56,622 bases of DNA, from IMG/VR virus record IMGVR_UViG_3300031276_000001, positions 1 to 56,622 of that record; one strand, 5' to 3'. The DNA is from a virus. Shown piece by piece: positions 8,605-17,379 of this stretch (the first letter of the stretch is position 1; every line of letters begins with the position of its first letter). A program made the translations under genes and the position numbers. The notes beneath the pieces are model-generated. The model was not told the origin of the DNA. It searched no databases and was given only the letters and a program-made list of their open reading frames with translations.

Positions 8605-10156
8605 AAATTAATTTATATTCCAATTTAGTATCATATGTAAGCGTAAATTGTGACCAATAATTTACGCCATGAATAGTTTTTCTTTTATCTTTTTCAATTG
8701 ATTTCAAATATTTTCTTACTTCATTTTTAGTTTCTTTAAATCCATTATTATTGTCTTTGCACCAAGCAACATAAACATCATATAATTTTTTACATGAACA
8801 GCTATCTTTTATTTTTTCTTCTTGTCGTTCTTTTGTACATTCTTTGAAAAATTTCAAGAATGAATTATTTTCGGTTTTATATTCATTTAAAGCCTCTTTA
8901 CTTTCATTAGGTAATATATAACCATAATTATTTTCTATTACCTTCTTAAGTTCTTCTAGTGCCAAATAAATAATATACTCGATTTCACATAACATTCTTT
9001 CAACAATATCTTTTATTCTGTTTTCTTCTGGAATAACATTATTACAATTTAAAATTACAATTCTATTATATACCCAATCGCCCTTATCGCCACCAAATTT
9101 AGGAAGCTTGTTGCAGCAAAACCAGGCGATCCCTTTAAAAATAAAGTCAAATTTATTTAATCCTTTGTATTCTGCTGGTATATCATCACCACCAACTATT
9201 TTTTTAAAAGTTTTTAGTTCTTTTACTGTTAAGAATGACATGTCATTGGATCCAACTAATCTTTTACCATTTAATTGGCTTGTGCTGAATCGTTCTTCTA
9301 AATCTGAAAGATCCATGCTACTACAATATTTTTTGCCTAAAATTCTTGAAATCAATTCTTTTATTTTAGATTTTCCTGTGTCCCCAGGTCCAACCATAAA
9401 TAGTGATTTTTTTAACCGATATCCACATATATTTGAAAATGCAACACCCATAAATTGTAGAACTATACTTCTTTTTTCTGCATCATTTTCTGTTAAATCA
9501 TTTAAATATTTATCGAAAATACTATATTCTGGTTTTATAAATTCTGTCATATATGGACAATTTGACATGATTCTTATTGTATTGTATACTTTTGGTGAAT
9601 GAGGTTCACACTTCCATTCTTCTATATTAAACAAACAATCATTAAAATTTATGTATTTTTCGGGGTCCAGCAGTTCAATTGATGTGTAAACTGCATGTTG
9701 ATATAATAAATCGAGGACCTCTTTGCTATCTCTTGTTTTTTGAAGTTTTAAAGGGATGTATTTTAAAATAAATCCTTTAAATTCATTATCAGAAATCATA
9801 TTGTAATATCCATCTCTGTATAAATATAATAAAACTGCATTCATAGCATTATCACGAATAAATAATAAATTTTGAGTTTCCATAATATGATTTGCTAAAA
9901 TTGGGCAATTTATTTTAATTGTTTGCTTTCCCTTAGAATCTTCTGTTATGATAATCCATTCGGCATTATCGCAAGCCTCTGAATTTGTCAGTTTTATTTC
10001 ATTTATCAATATATTTCTTGTTATTTTTTCTCTATCTTCAAAAGGTAATTTTTTAAATTCTCTGCTTTGCTGATCTCTTATTCCTTTTAAATCTTCTTCA
10101 TATTGTCTATTAAAAGATTCTTCGTTTGCTATATTTTTATCATTATTATTTACCAT
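8567..10156 (-). CDS. P4/D5-family primase-helicase (SF3 helicase)
   Basis: Walker A in the typical context (LFMVGPGDTGKSKIKELISRILG). Size and the C-terminal DNA-binding tail match the phage/plasmid primase P4 C-terminal family. Adjacent to the iterons. Confidence 0.7.
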   Translation of the reverse strand: MVNNNDKNIANEESFNRQYEEDLKGIRDQQSREFKKLPFEDREKITRNILINEIKLTNSEACDNAEWIIITEDSKGKQTIKINCPILANHIMETQNLLFIRDNAMNAVLLYLYRDGYYNMISDNEFKGFILKYIPLKLQKTRDSKEVLDLLYQHAVYTSIELLDPEKYINFNDCLFNIEEWKCEPHSPKVYNTIRIMSNCPYMTEFIKPEYSIFDKYLNDLTENDAEKRSIVLQFMGVAFSNICGYRLKKSLFMVGPGDTGKSKIKELISRILGKKYCSSMDLSDLEERFSTSQLNGKRLVGSNDMSFLTVKELKTFKKIVGGDDIPAEYKGLNKFDFIFKGIAWFCCNKLPKFGGDKGDWVYNRIVILNCNNVIPEENRIKDIVERMLCEIEYIIYLALEELKKVIENNYGYILPNESKEALNEYKTENNSFLKFFKECTKERQEEKIKDSCSCKKLYDVYVAWCKDNNNGFKETKNEVRKYLKSIEKDKRKTIHGVNYWSQFTLTYDTKLEYKLIYGYDGHDDVTYK

Positions 10157-10175
10157 GATTACTTAAATACCTTTC

Positions 10176-10433
10176 TTAAGATGTCTTTTTATTACTATTT
10201 GATAGATATGTTTCAAGACTTTTTCCAATTGAAAAATACATTTCAAGTGCCTTTTCGACCTGTTCATTTATTGTAATTTCATTTTTTTCAAGATTTTTTC
10301 TAAGTTTATTCAGCAATTTATTATTCAGTTTTAAATAAATACCATGCTTTTTTTTAGAAACACTTATACATGGCCTTCCTTTCTTTTTTGGTCTTCCTGG
10401 GCCTCTACGTTTTACTTTTATCTGTTCTTGCAT
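10176..10433 (-). CDS. Small DNA-binding protein (AT-hook plus RHH-like)
   Basis: RRGPGRPKKKGRP AT-hook followed by a helical segment; 85 aa. Confidence 0.45.
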   Translation of the reverse strand: MQEQIKVKRRGPGRPKKKGRPCISVSKKKHGIYLKLNNKLLNKLRKNLEKNEITINEQVEKALEMYFSIGKSLETYLSNSNKKTS

Positions 10434-10545
10434 TCAATCACCTCATTTAAAGTATATACTAATTTTTTTTAAAAAGTATCTCTATATTATATTAAAAAAA
10501 AATAATATTCAAGACTTGTTTTTTATTTTGAATATTATTTAAATT

Positions 10546-10761
10546 TTAAAGTTTATTTATGGATATTATTTCTATTTTATTTTTTCCAGTTTTATACTCT
10601 TTTGAAAATTTAGAATATATAGCATTTAATAACTCTTCTGATTTTTCTTGATTATTTATCATGTCATCAGTATGATAATGCATTGCACTAGTATGCATTA
10701 TATCTTTTTTTTCGTCATACACTCGAACACATATTATATAATTATGGTTATAACATTTCAT
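10546..10761 (-). CDS. Hypothetical protein (71 aa)
   Basis: Track ORF with an AGGAGA-type RBS upstream. Confidence 0.5.
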   Translation of the reverse strand: MKCYNHNYIICVRVYDEKKDIMHTSAMHYHTDDMINNQEKSEELLNAIYSKFSKEYKTGKNKIEIISINKL

Positions 10762-10898
10762 TTTATTTTAATCTCCTTTAAATTCTTTATTTAGCACAAA
10801 GCATCTAACTATCTTTTTTCCCACATTCATTAGATCATTCTTTTATTACTTTCAAGCTATAACAAGTTTCTATTTTCATTTTAAAAACATCTAAATAA

Positions 10899-11132
10899 TT
10901 AAAAAATTTTTCGATCATCTACAAATATCTCCTTTCTTTCATATACAACAATATTATCAACATTTTCATATATTAATGTTATTTTTAATGTAGTATCTGT
11001 TTTATCTTTTTTAATTTCAATACCAACTGGACTTATATATATTCTCTCATATTCAATAACTTTTTCATTCACTTGAACTACTTCACTATTCAATATATCA
11101 ATTAACTCTTGATTCTTTTCTATTGGTTTCAT
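10899..11132 (-). CDS. Hypothetical protein (77 aa)
   Basis: Track ORF on the same strand. Confidence 0.5.
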   Translation of the reverse strand: MKPIEKNQELIDILNSEVVQVNEKVIEYERIYISPVGIEIKKDKTDTTLKITLIYENVDNIVVYERKEIFVDDRKIF

Positions 11133-11577
11133 TTGACCATTTCACCCCACTCAAATCAAGTAATGGCATTTTACCATTAAATTTTTTATTATAAATTAAA
11201 ACAGGTTTATTATAATTCTCCTGAGCTTGCATATAATTATTTTTATCTATTAGTCTAAAACGAATTTTAGTTCCATTTCTTCGCGTCTTGAATCTTCTAG
11301 CAGGAAAAAACCCTCTTGTAAGTTCCATAACATGAGTATAAAGCAATTCAATATAAAACGACTGTTCATTTTTATTGAATAAAATAGAGTTTAATTCCTT
11401 GAAAGTTTTTTCATACATAAAAACAGAACCTATATTATTTTCTTTTTTTGATTTCATTTCTTTTACACCACTTTCGACATTATTTTTATTTAATGTTTCA
11501 TTTTGAAATAAACCATTAGAGCTAGTAATAACATTTTCTAATGATCGATTAAACGAAATATTGCCAAAACTGAACAC
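11098..11577 (-). CDS. Hypothetical protein (159 aa; start uncertain, GTG at 11577)
   Basis: Track ORF; no motif recognised. Confidence 0.5.
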   Translation of the reverse strand: MFSFGNISFNRSLENVITSSNGLFQNETLNKNNVESGVKEMKSKKENNIGSVFMYEKTFKELNSILFNKNEQSFYIELLYTHVMELTRGFFPARRFKTRRNGTKIRFRLIDKNNYMQAQENYNKPVLIYNKKFNGKMPLLDLSGVKWSNETNRKESRVN

Positions 11578-11708
11578 ATACCATTTAACCTATTATATAT
11601 ATCGTTGCATTTTTTTTCTGCTATTTCTTGAGCTTCTTTGAGACTATTTATTTGACTATAAACTCCTTTGTAATCTTCAATTTCAATTATTATTTTATAA
11701 CTTTTCAT
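11538..11708 (-). CDS. Possible small ORF (56 aa, MKSYKIIIEIEDYKGVY...)
   Basis: Hand-translated. Its ATG at 11708 forms an ATGA overlap with the stop of 11705..11998. Confidence 0.3.
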   Translation of the reverse strand: MKSYKIIIEIEDYKGVYSQINSLKEAQEIAEKKCNDIYNRLNGMCSVLAIFRLIDH

Positions 11709-11998
11709 ATTATCATTCCTTTCATATTTTCTTCTTTAATATCTTTATATGATTTTGCATGTTCTTCTGGTACTTCAAATAATATCTCATAACCTAGTTT
11801 TTTATTTGATTTTAAATTTTGAATTAAATAGCAATCAGTTGTATAATTAAAACCACCTGTCATTAATTTTACATATTTCCCCCAATAAGTATGTTTTTTA
11901 TATAAATCCATTGTCCTATTAAAAATATCATTGGTTAATATTTGTTTTAGAATGTTTATTTCAACATATACAAATTTATTCAAATTATTCACCTCCAA
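11705..11998 (-). CDS. Hypothetical protein (97 aa)
   Basis: Track ORF that overlaps the helicase stop. Confidence 0.55.
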   Translation of the reverse strand: MEVNNLNKFVYVEINILKQILTNDIFNRTMDLYKKHTYWGKYVKLMTGGFNYTTDCYLIQNLKSNKKLGYEILFEVPEEHAKSYKDIKEENMKGMII

Positions 11999-14249
11999 AA
12001 CATTTATTTAAATTTTTAACAAATTTTGTATTTCTTTTACTAGATAATTTATTCCTAGTAATCTTATTGATTGTATCAATATTATTACTTAATAAAATTA
12101 ATTGTTTTTTTGCCCTTGTAATTCCAGTGTATAATAATCTGCTATCAGTAATCATATTAAATTCACTTACATCAACTACAACAATTTTAAATTCTGACCC
12201 TTGTAATTTGTGAATAGTTGTACAATATGATAATACAAAATTTTCTATTTCTTCATAATCAAGATTATACTTTATTGTTTTCTTAAGACCTCTATAATAA
12301 ATTTTAAATTTTACTTCTCTTAATGATACTTTAGAATCATATAACTTTTTTAACTCATTTTGGCTATTTATTTCTTTGTCATCTTCATAAGATAACATTG
12401 TATTAGTTCTATAACTAATACCTGTTATACGTCCAAATTCACCATTATAAATATCATTCATATAATCATTTTTTACACACATAACTTTATCACCAATACC
12501 GAATTTAATTTCCTTTTTATTAAGTATAAATTTTACAGTTTTTAATTCTTTTTGAATCATTTCATTAATTTCGTTTGCTCTCTTCCTGCTACTTGTACAA
12601 ATTTGGAAATCATCATAAAATTCATCAATATCTTTATACTCATTATATTTATGTAAAAAACATCTTAATATATAATTATTAATATCTTTTGGACAATTAA
12701 CAAAGAAATCTTTTTCCTTAATTGATTCAAATGTTTCATTGACTCTAATTTTATTCGCAATTTTTATAATATTACTATCTTTAGATTGACGAAAAGTTTG
12801 TGTCAATTCTATTACTTTTATAAATCCAGCTTTTATAATATCTGCCATAACTGACCCTGGCCCAACACTTGCTAATTGTCCAGGGTCACCAACAAATATA
12901 ATTCTAACAAAATTATTTTTGCTGGCAACCATCATCTTAAGTATTTTATAAATCAACTCAGCATCAACCATTGAAAATTCATCAATAATCATTGTAGTTT
13001 GTTTTCTAGAATACCATTCTAATGGTTCACCAGAAAATTCTTTGTGTGCTTCTTCTGACATATAAAACCTATGACATGTATATGCTTTATTATTTGTTGC
13101 TTCTGTTACTCTTCTTGCTGCCTTTCCAGTAGGGGATGTAAATATTATTTTATTGTTAAACTTTTCTAATACATATTGAATAGCCTTTAATACCGTTGTT
13201 TTACCACTACCAGCCCCACCACAAATTATTGATACATTGTTTATTATTGATTCATATATAGCACTTTTTTGTTGTTCGTGAAATTTAATGTCTTCTTTTC
13301 TTTCGTATTCTCCAATAAGATTTTTAATATTATTCTTTTCATATTCGGCCAATAATTTATTTTCTAATAAATTTTTTAACATTAAAGGTGTTTCAGTTTC
13401 TGCCTTATATAAATTTTTAATTTGTATTGTTTCATCATCTTCAAAGTATACAACTCTGGTATCTTCATCTTTCAATAATTTGTTTACATTTTCATGATTT
13501 AAATTTATATCTTGTAATTTTTTATTAAAATCTTCAATAGTTGTATAAGTATGACCAAATCCCGTAATTGTCTTTGTAATTTGTTCACTCAAAAATAAGC
13601 ATCTACTTCTTAAGTACTTTTCACAATTAAATTTTTGCTGTGCTAGTTGATCAACTCTTTTAAAACTCATACCGATTTTATCAATTAAAATAAAATAAGG
13701 GTCTTTTTTAAATGTTTCAACATCGATCTTATTATCATTAAGATATTTATTTATTTTATGAATATTAGTATTTCCTACAGATTGACCACAAATTTCAATT
13801 AATTTTTTCAAAGTATTATTTTCTCTTAAGAATATTAATCCTTTATGTATTTTTTTAATTGTTTCTGGTCCTATTCCTTTTATTTTTGGGATATCATTAC
13901 CATAAAATATTTTAATGTTATTATTTTGAATATTATCAAGTATATTTTTTGCTGTTTTATCCTTGATTCCATCAATAGAACATAATAAATTATATTGTCC
14001 TTCATATGATTCAGCATCGAATTCTTCATAGTTAGCCTTAAAACTTGGCTGTCCTCTATATTGACGCATTTCTCCAACTAATGTGGTTTTACCTGGTCTT
14101 AATTCAAATCCGGTACAATTTACTGTAATTTCATCACCATTTTCTTTTTCAGCAGCATAGACTAAATAACTACCATCTTCATTTCCCCATATTTCACGCA
14201 ATATTCTAACTTTTAACTTAACTTGATTTTTAATTTTAATTTCATTCAT
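11985..14249 (-). CDS. RecD-like SF1 DNA helicase
   Basis: Walker A CGGAGSGKTT, Walker B IIDEFSMVD, and GDPGQLASVGPG, TIHKLQGSE, YTGITRAKK motifs in the RecD/TraA order. Confidence 0.85.
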   Translation of the reverse strand: MNEIKIKNQVKLKVRILREIWGNEDGSYLVYAAEKENGDEITVNCTGFELRPGKTTLVGEMRQYRGQPSFKANYEEFDAESYEGQYNLLCSIDGIKDKTAKNILDNIQNNNIKIFYGNDIPKIKGIGPETIKKIHKGLIFLRENNTLKKLIEICGQSVGNTNIHKINKYLNDNKIDVETFKKDPYFILIDKIGMSFKRVDQLAQQKFNCEKYLRSRCLFLSEQITKTITGFGHTYTTIEDFNKKLQDINLNHENVNKLLKDEDTRVVYFEDDETIQIKNLYKAETETPLMLKNLLENKLLAEYEKNNIKNLIGEYERKEDIKFHEQQKSAIYESIINNVSIICGGAGSGKTTVLKAIQYVLEKFNNKIIFTSPTGKAARRVTEATNNKAYTCHRFYMSEEAHKEFSGEPLEWYSRKQTTMIIDEFSMVDAELIYKILKMMVASKNNFVRIIFVGDPGQLASVGPGSVMADIIKAGFIKVIELTQTFRQSKDSNIIKIANKIRVNETFESIKEKDFFVNCPKDINNYILRCFLHKYNEYKDIDEFYDDFQICTSSRKRANEINEMIQKELKTVKFILNKKEIKFGIGDKVMCVKNDYMNDIYNGEFGRITGISYRTNTMLSYEDDKEINSQNELKKLYDSKVSLREVKFKIYYRGLKKTIKYNLDYEEIENFVLSYCTTIHKLQGSEFKIVVVDVSEFNMITDSRLLYTGITRAKKQLILLSNNIDTINKITRNKLSSKRNTKFVKNLNKCFGGE

Positions 14250-14300
14250 CCTTAACGCCTCCCGTTTTTAGGTACATACTTTTTATTACTATTTAATTAT

Positions 14301-14357
14301 AATATAGAATAAATAAAAAAACAATAAATTTTATTGTTTTTTTATTTATTCTATATT
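14301..14357. repeat. 57-bp near-perfect palindrome with 28-bp arms
   Basis: aatatagaataaataaaaaaacaataaa (14301-14328) is the exact reverse complement of 14330-14357. Confidence 0.9.
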
Positions 14358-14553
14358 AAATCTTTTTTTTATCAAATAATAATCTTTATAGAAAATTATT
14401 TCACCCAATATAATATCTATTAAAGCAATCAAACAAAGTAATAAACATGGTTCATATTCAATAAATTGAATCAAAATACTGAATGCAAAACCTAACCCAA
14501 TTAAAATTAATTTGATTAATAGGACAAAATAAAGAATTATTATTGCTAATAGA

Positions 14554-14652
14554 TTATTTATTTTTATTTACCTTATAACATCCTTTTTTTATTCCAAATA
14601 TTAAGCTTATTGAGCTTAATATAATTATTGATAGATATATAATAGAATTCAT
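14554..14652 (-). CDS. Possible 32-aa hydrophobic peptide (MNSIIYLSIIILSSISLIFGIKKGCYKVNKNK)
   Basis: ATG at 14652 follows GGAGT; one predicted TM segment. Confidence 0.3.
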   Translation of the reverse strand: MNSIIYLSIIILSSISLIFGIKKGCYKVNKNK

Positions 14653-14676
14653 TTATTTACTCCTCTATTTTAATAG

Positions 14677-14697
14677 GGGTGGGCGAATATCCCACCC
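14677..14697 (-). terminator. GC-rich hairpin after the LPXTG gene
   Basis: gggtggg-cgaatat-cccaccc lies 17 nt after the stop at 14714 and stands out in A+T-rich DNA. Confidence 0.55.
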
Positions 14698-14713
14698 ATT
14701 TATCAAGATTATT

Positions 14714-15586
14714 TTAATTGTTATTACTACAATATTTCTTATATCTAACAAAGCAGCCTAAAACTAATAAACAAAAACCAGTAATTGTATAAACAATTGG
14801 GTTAGTTTCTCCTGTTTTTGGTAAATCTTTATCTGAATATACAGTGTTATTATTTTGAGTTGTATTTACTCCATTTGATTGTGAAGGTGATGGTGTTACA
14901 CTGGTTTCTGGCTCTGTATTTGTTGTTGGATCATCCTTGATTATTAAATTTTCATTAAAATTCCAATCAGATTTTTTATACAAAAATGTTTTTTTATCAA
15001 TTTTTTTAGATGTTTTAGGAATATAGGGTTTTGTTATTTTGTTGAAATTTTTATAATCTTCAATTTTTATTTCAACATTTGGATTAAAAGTAACTTCCCA
15101 ACCTGCAAATTTACCAATATGAAAATGATATCCTGATAAAATTTCAAATTCTTTTGTTACTTCTGGAATTATATTTTTGAGTACTTCAATATTAAATGTA
15201 TATGTTGCTGAACCATAACCAGTTTCAACTATAATATTAGTTGTTGTTTCTTCTAATGTTCCTATTTCTTCTTTTTCTGTACTTCCTAATTTTATTTTTG
15301 CTTCAAAATCTGGCAATTCATAAAATGTTTTTTCTTCTCCAATTTCTATTTTTTCACCATCAAGTAATAATTTTGTTTCCCAATCTGTAAGTGCTGTATT
15401 TTCGATATTAACTAATGTAACTTTGTATTGAGTTTTTGCAGGCTCAATAATTTTGGTTATCATTTTTGTAGTAAAATGACCGCCATCTTTCATCATATCA
15501 CCTTCATGTGCGAAGACTCCAAAACATAGACTGAAAACTGAAACAATTATCAAAATAAAACTAACTATCCCCTTTAAAATACTCAT
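14714..15586 (-). CDS. Sortase-anchored (LPXTG) cell-surface protein
   Basis: N-terminal signal peptide (ILIIVSVFSLCFGVFA) and a Thr/Pro/Ser-rich linker. C-terminal LPKTG, then a hydrophobic stretch (IVYTITGFCLLVLGCFV), then a basic tail (RYKKY). Confidence 0.8.
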   Translation of the reverse strand: MSILKGIVSFILIIVSVFSLCFGVFAHEGDMMKDGGHFTTKMITKIIEPAKTQYKVTLVNIENTALTDWETKLLLDGEKIEIGEEKTFYELPDFEAKIKLGSTEKEEIGTLEETTTNIIVETGYGSATYTFNIEVLKNIIPEVTKEFEILSGYHFHIGKFAGWEVTFNPNVEIKIEDYKNFNKITKPYIPKTSKKIDKKTFLYKKSDWNFNENLIIKDDPTTNTEPETSVTPSPSQSNGVNTTQNNNTVYSDKDLPKTGETNPIVYTITGFCLLVLGCFVRYKKYCSNNN

Positions 15587-15634
15587 AAAAATTTATCTCC
15601 TTTTTGTTTTTTTTATTATTATATAGTTTTAAAA

Positions 15635-15793
15635 TTAAAATGGCATCTCTTCTGCAATTATTTCATCATTTTTCTCATTTTCTCTTTGAATAAATTTATC
15701 AATTCTGATAAAATCTTCATCAGTAAAAAAATAGCTATCTAAAGTTATAGGATTTATAAATTCTTCAATTTCAAATTCTTCATTTTTTTTCAT
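15635..15793 (-). CDS. Small, highly acidic protein (52 aa, MKKNEEFEIEEFINPITLDSYFFTDEDF...)
   Basis: Hand-translated. ATG at 15793 follows GGGGA; directly upstream of the LPXTG gene. Confidence 0.45.
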   Translation of the reverse strand: MKKNEEFEIEEFINPITLDSYFFTDEDFIRIDKFIQRENEKNDEIIAEEMPF

Positions 15794-15927
15794 ATTGCCA
15801 TCCCCTAAAAATTATTTTTAAAACTACCACTATAGAATAATATAAATAAAATAAAAAGTCAATATAATTTATTTACTTTTTATTTTATTTTTGGTATCAT
15901 ATAAAAAAAAGCAAAGAAGGTTTTAAA

Positions 15928-16086
15928 ATGAATGAAAAAGATATTTCATCATGTTTATTAATTATTATAGGTATTATAATTATTTTTGTTGGTTATTCAC
16001 TATTATATTATTATTTTGGATGGAAAATGTTAGTTTGTTTATTAATAATAATGTTTGGAAAACTATTAATAAAATTAACAAATTAA
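15928..16086 (+). CDS. Small membrane protein (52 aa, two hydrophobic segments)
   Basis: Hand-translated. ATG follows AGAAGG; an extended -10-like TGGTATCAT lies upstream. Confidence 0.5.
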   Translation: MNEKDISSCLLIIIGIIIIFVGYSLLYYYFGWKMLVCLLIIMFGKLLIKLTN

Positions 16087-16098
16087 GGAGATGATTGA

Positions 16099-16353
16099 AT
16101 GAAAAATGATACTGATTATTTAAAAAAAGTATATGAAAATCTTGAAAACAGAAAAAATAAAAACGATAAATTTGAGAGGCTATTACTATCAAGTTTAAAT
16201 TTAATTATTTCTGTTTTTGCATATATTATGTTAATAGTGTTTTTTAATTGGAAATTAGCAATATTAATATTTATTATCAATTGGTCAATCAACATTGAAA
16301 TACTTTTAAAAATTAAAAAGTTAGGAATTGATCTTAATGAAAAAGCAAAATAA
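16099..16353 (+). CDS. Small membrane protein (84 aa)
   Basis: Track ORF with AAGGAGA 7 nt upstream; two hydrophobic segments (LNLIISVFAYIMLIVFF, LAILIFIINWSI). Confidence 0.6.
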   Translation: MKNDTDYLKKVYENLENRKNKNDKFERLLLSSLNLIISVFAYIMLIVFFNWKLAILIFIINWSINIEILLKIKKLGIDLNEKAK

Positions 16354-16489
16354 TCAAAAAAATGTTAACATTAAAATGTCTCAGGAAATGCATGATAAAA
16401 TAAAAAAAATATCAAAAGAAAATGGATTAACAACAAGTGGCATGATAAAGTATTTGATTAGTCAAGAAATAAATAAAAAAGGGTACTAA
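16337..16489 (+). CDS. Ribbon-helix-helix (CopG/Arc-like) protein (50 aa)
   Basis: Hand-translated: MKKQNNQKNVNIKMSQEMHDKIKKISKENGLTTSGMIKYLISQEINKKGY, a beta-strand then two helices. Confidence 0.5.
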   Translation: MKKQNNQKNVNIKMSQEMHDKIKKISKENGLTTSGMIKYLISQEINKKGY

Positions 16490-16501
16490 TACCCTTTTTT
16501 A
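16476..16501 (+). terminator. Intrinsic terminator of the plus-strand mini-operon
   Basis: aaaaagggta-ctaa-taccctttttt: hairpin followed by a T tract. Confidence 0.65.
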
Positions 16502-16525
16502 TTTATTTGAAATTAAATTATATTG

Positions 16526-16666
16526 TCAATATTCAATCGGCTTGTTGTTTTGTAAAATAGGACAATTTTTTATAGTACATTTTCTTTTATTGCTTTTATA
16601 TTTTGGATGAGTACATTTCCCACTTTTGTAAAATTTACAAATTGATTGAATAATTTCAAATATCAT
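16526..16666 (-). CDS. Cys-rich small protein (46 aa)
   Basis: Hand-translated (MIFEIIQSICKFYKSGKCTHPKYKSNKRKCTIKNCPILQ...). ATG follows AGGAGG. Confidence 0.45.
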   Translation of the reverse strand: MIFEIIQSICKFYKSGKCTHPKYKSNKRKCTIKNCPILQNNKPIEY

Positions 16667-16676
16667 TTTAATCCTC

Positions 16677-16883
16677 CTAATCCTCCTTGCTATCAATTAT
16701 ATATTTAGCCATTGCATTTATACATTCTTCTGCTCTGTCATCCATAGCAAGATTTATTTTTATATTATATATATCAAAAAAATGATTTAAACTTTCAGTA
16801 AATTTTCTGAATGCCCTATCTAAATTTTTACGTTCTTCATTACTTAATTTATTATAGAATTCATGTTTATCCATTATATTCAC
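16677..16883 (-). CDS. Hypothetical protein (68 aa)
   Basis: Track ORF. Confidence 0.5.
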   Translation of the reverse strand: MNIMDKHEFYNKLSNEERKNLDRAFRKFTESLNHFFDIYNIKINLAMDDRAEECINAMAKYIIDSKED

Positions 16884-17070
16884 CAGCCTTTTCTATTTAT
16901 TCTTTTATTCTATTTCAGTTAAAAACTCCTTATATCATCGAGCAAGCAATTATCAATAAGCACCATCATAATTTATGACTTCGCATATTAAATCTAATAC
17001 ATAATTATTTTCCTCTTGTTTTTCAAGTAATTCTACATACTTTCAATAAAATAATTTCTCTTTTTCCCAT

Positions 17071-17370
17071 TCAATCATTTCCTTTGATTTTTTCTAATTG
17101 TTTTTTTAAATCATTCATTAATCTATTAGGTATATTTAAAACAGTAATCAAATCATGATAATTATTTGAAAATACAAATATTTTGTTTTTATATACTTTA
17201 ATATAAGTTAATAATGATTTACTCCTTTCAAAATCTAAATAACGTCTTAATCGTCCAGTAAATACATTTACACCTAATCCATATTTTAAAGCTTCTAAAA
17301 TTAATAAATTTGCTGTTTTATTATTACCTCCAATTCTTTCCTTAAGTCTTTTTTTTCCATGCCTGCTCAT
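17071..17370 (-). CDS. Hypothetical protein (99 aa)
   Basis: Track ORF with a basic N-terminus (SRHGKKRLKER). Confidence 0.55.
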   Translation of the reverse strand: MSRHGKKRLKERIGGNNKTANLLILEALKYGLGVNVFTGRLRRYLDFERSKSLLTYIKVYKNKIFVFSNNYHDLITVLNIPNRLMNDLKKQLEKIKGND

Positions 17371-17379
17371 TTCACCACC

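Noticed and set aside
14360-14553. About 70-codon hydrophobic open frame (…NNLLAIIILYFVLLIKLILIGLGFAFSILIQFIEYEPCLLLCLIALIDIILGEIIFYKDYYLIKKRFNIE) downstream of the 32-aa peptide ORF
   Set aside because: The frame has no ATG, GTG or TTG start with an RBS, and it is not reachable from the upstream 32-aa ORF by a simple single-base slip at the A-run. It is possibly a decayed membrane-protein gene and is not called.
16884-17070. Short broken reading frames (MGKREIILLKVCRIT* and an ELLEKQEENNYVLDLICEVINYDGAY* frame) in a 190-bp gap
   Set aside because: It needs a frameshift and has no clear RBS for the second part. It is too short and unsupported to call as either a gene or a pseudogene.
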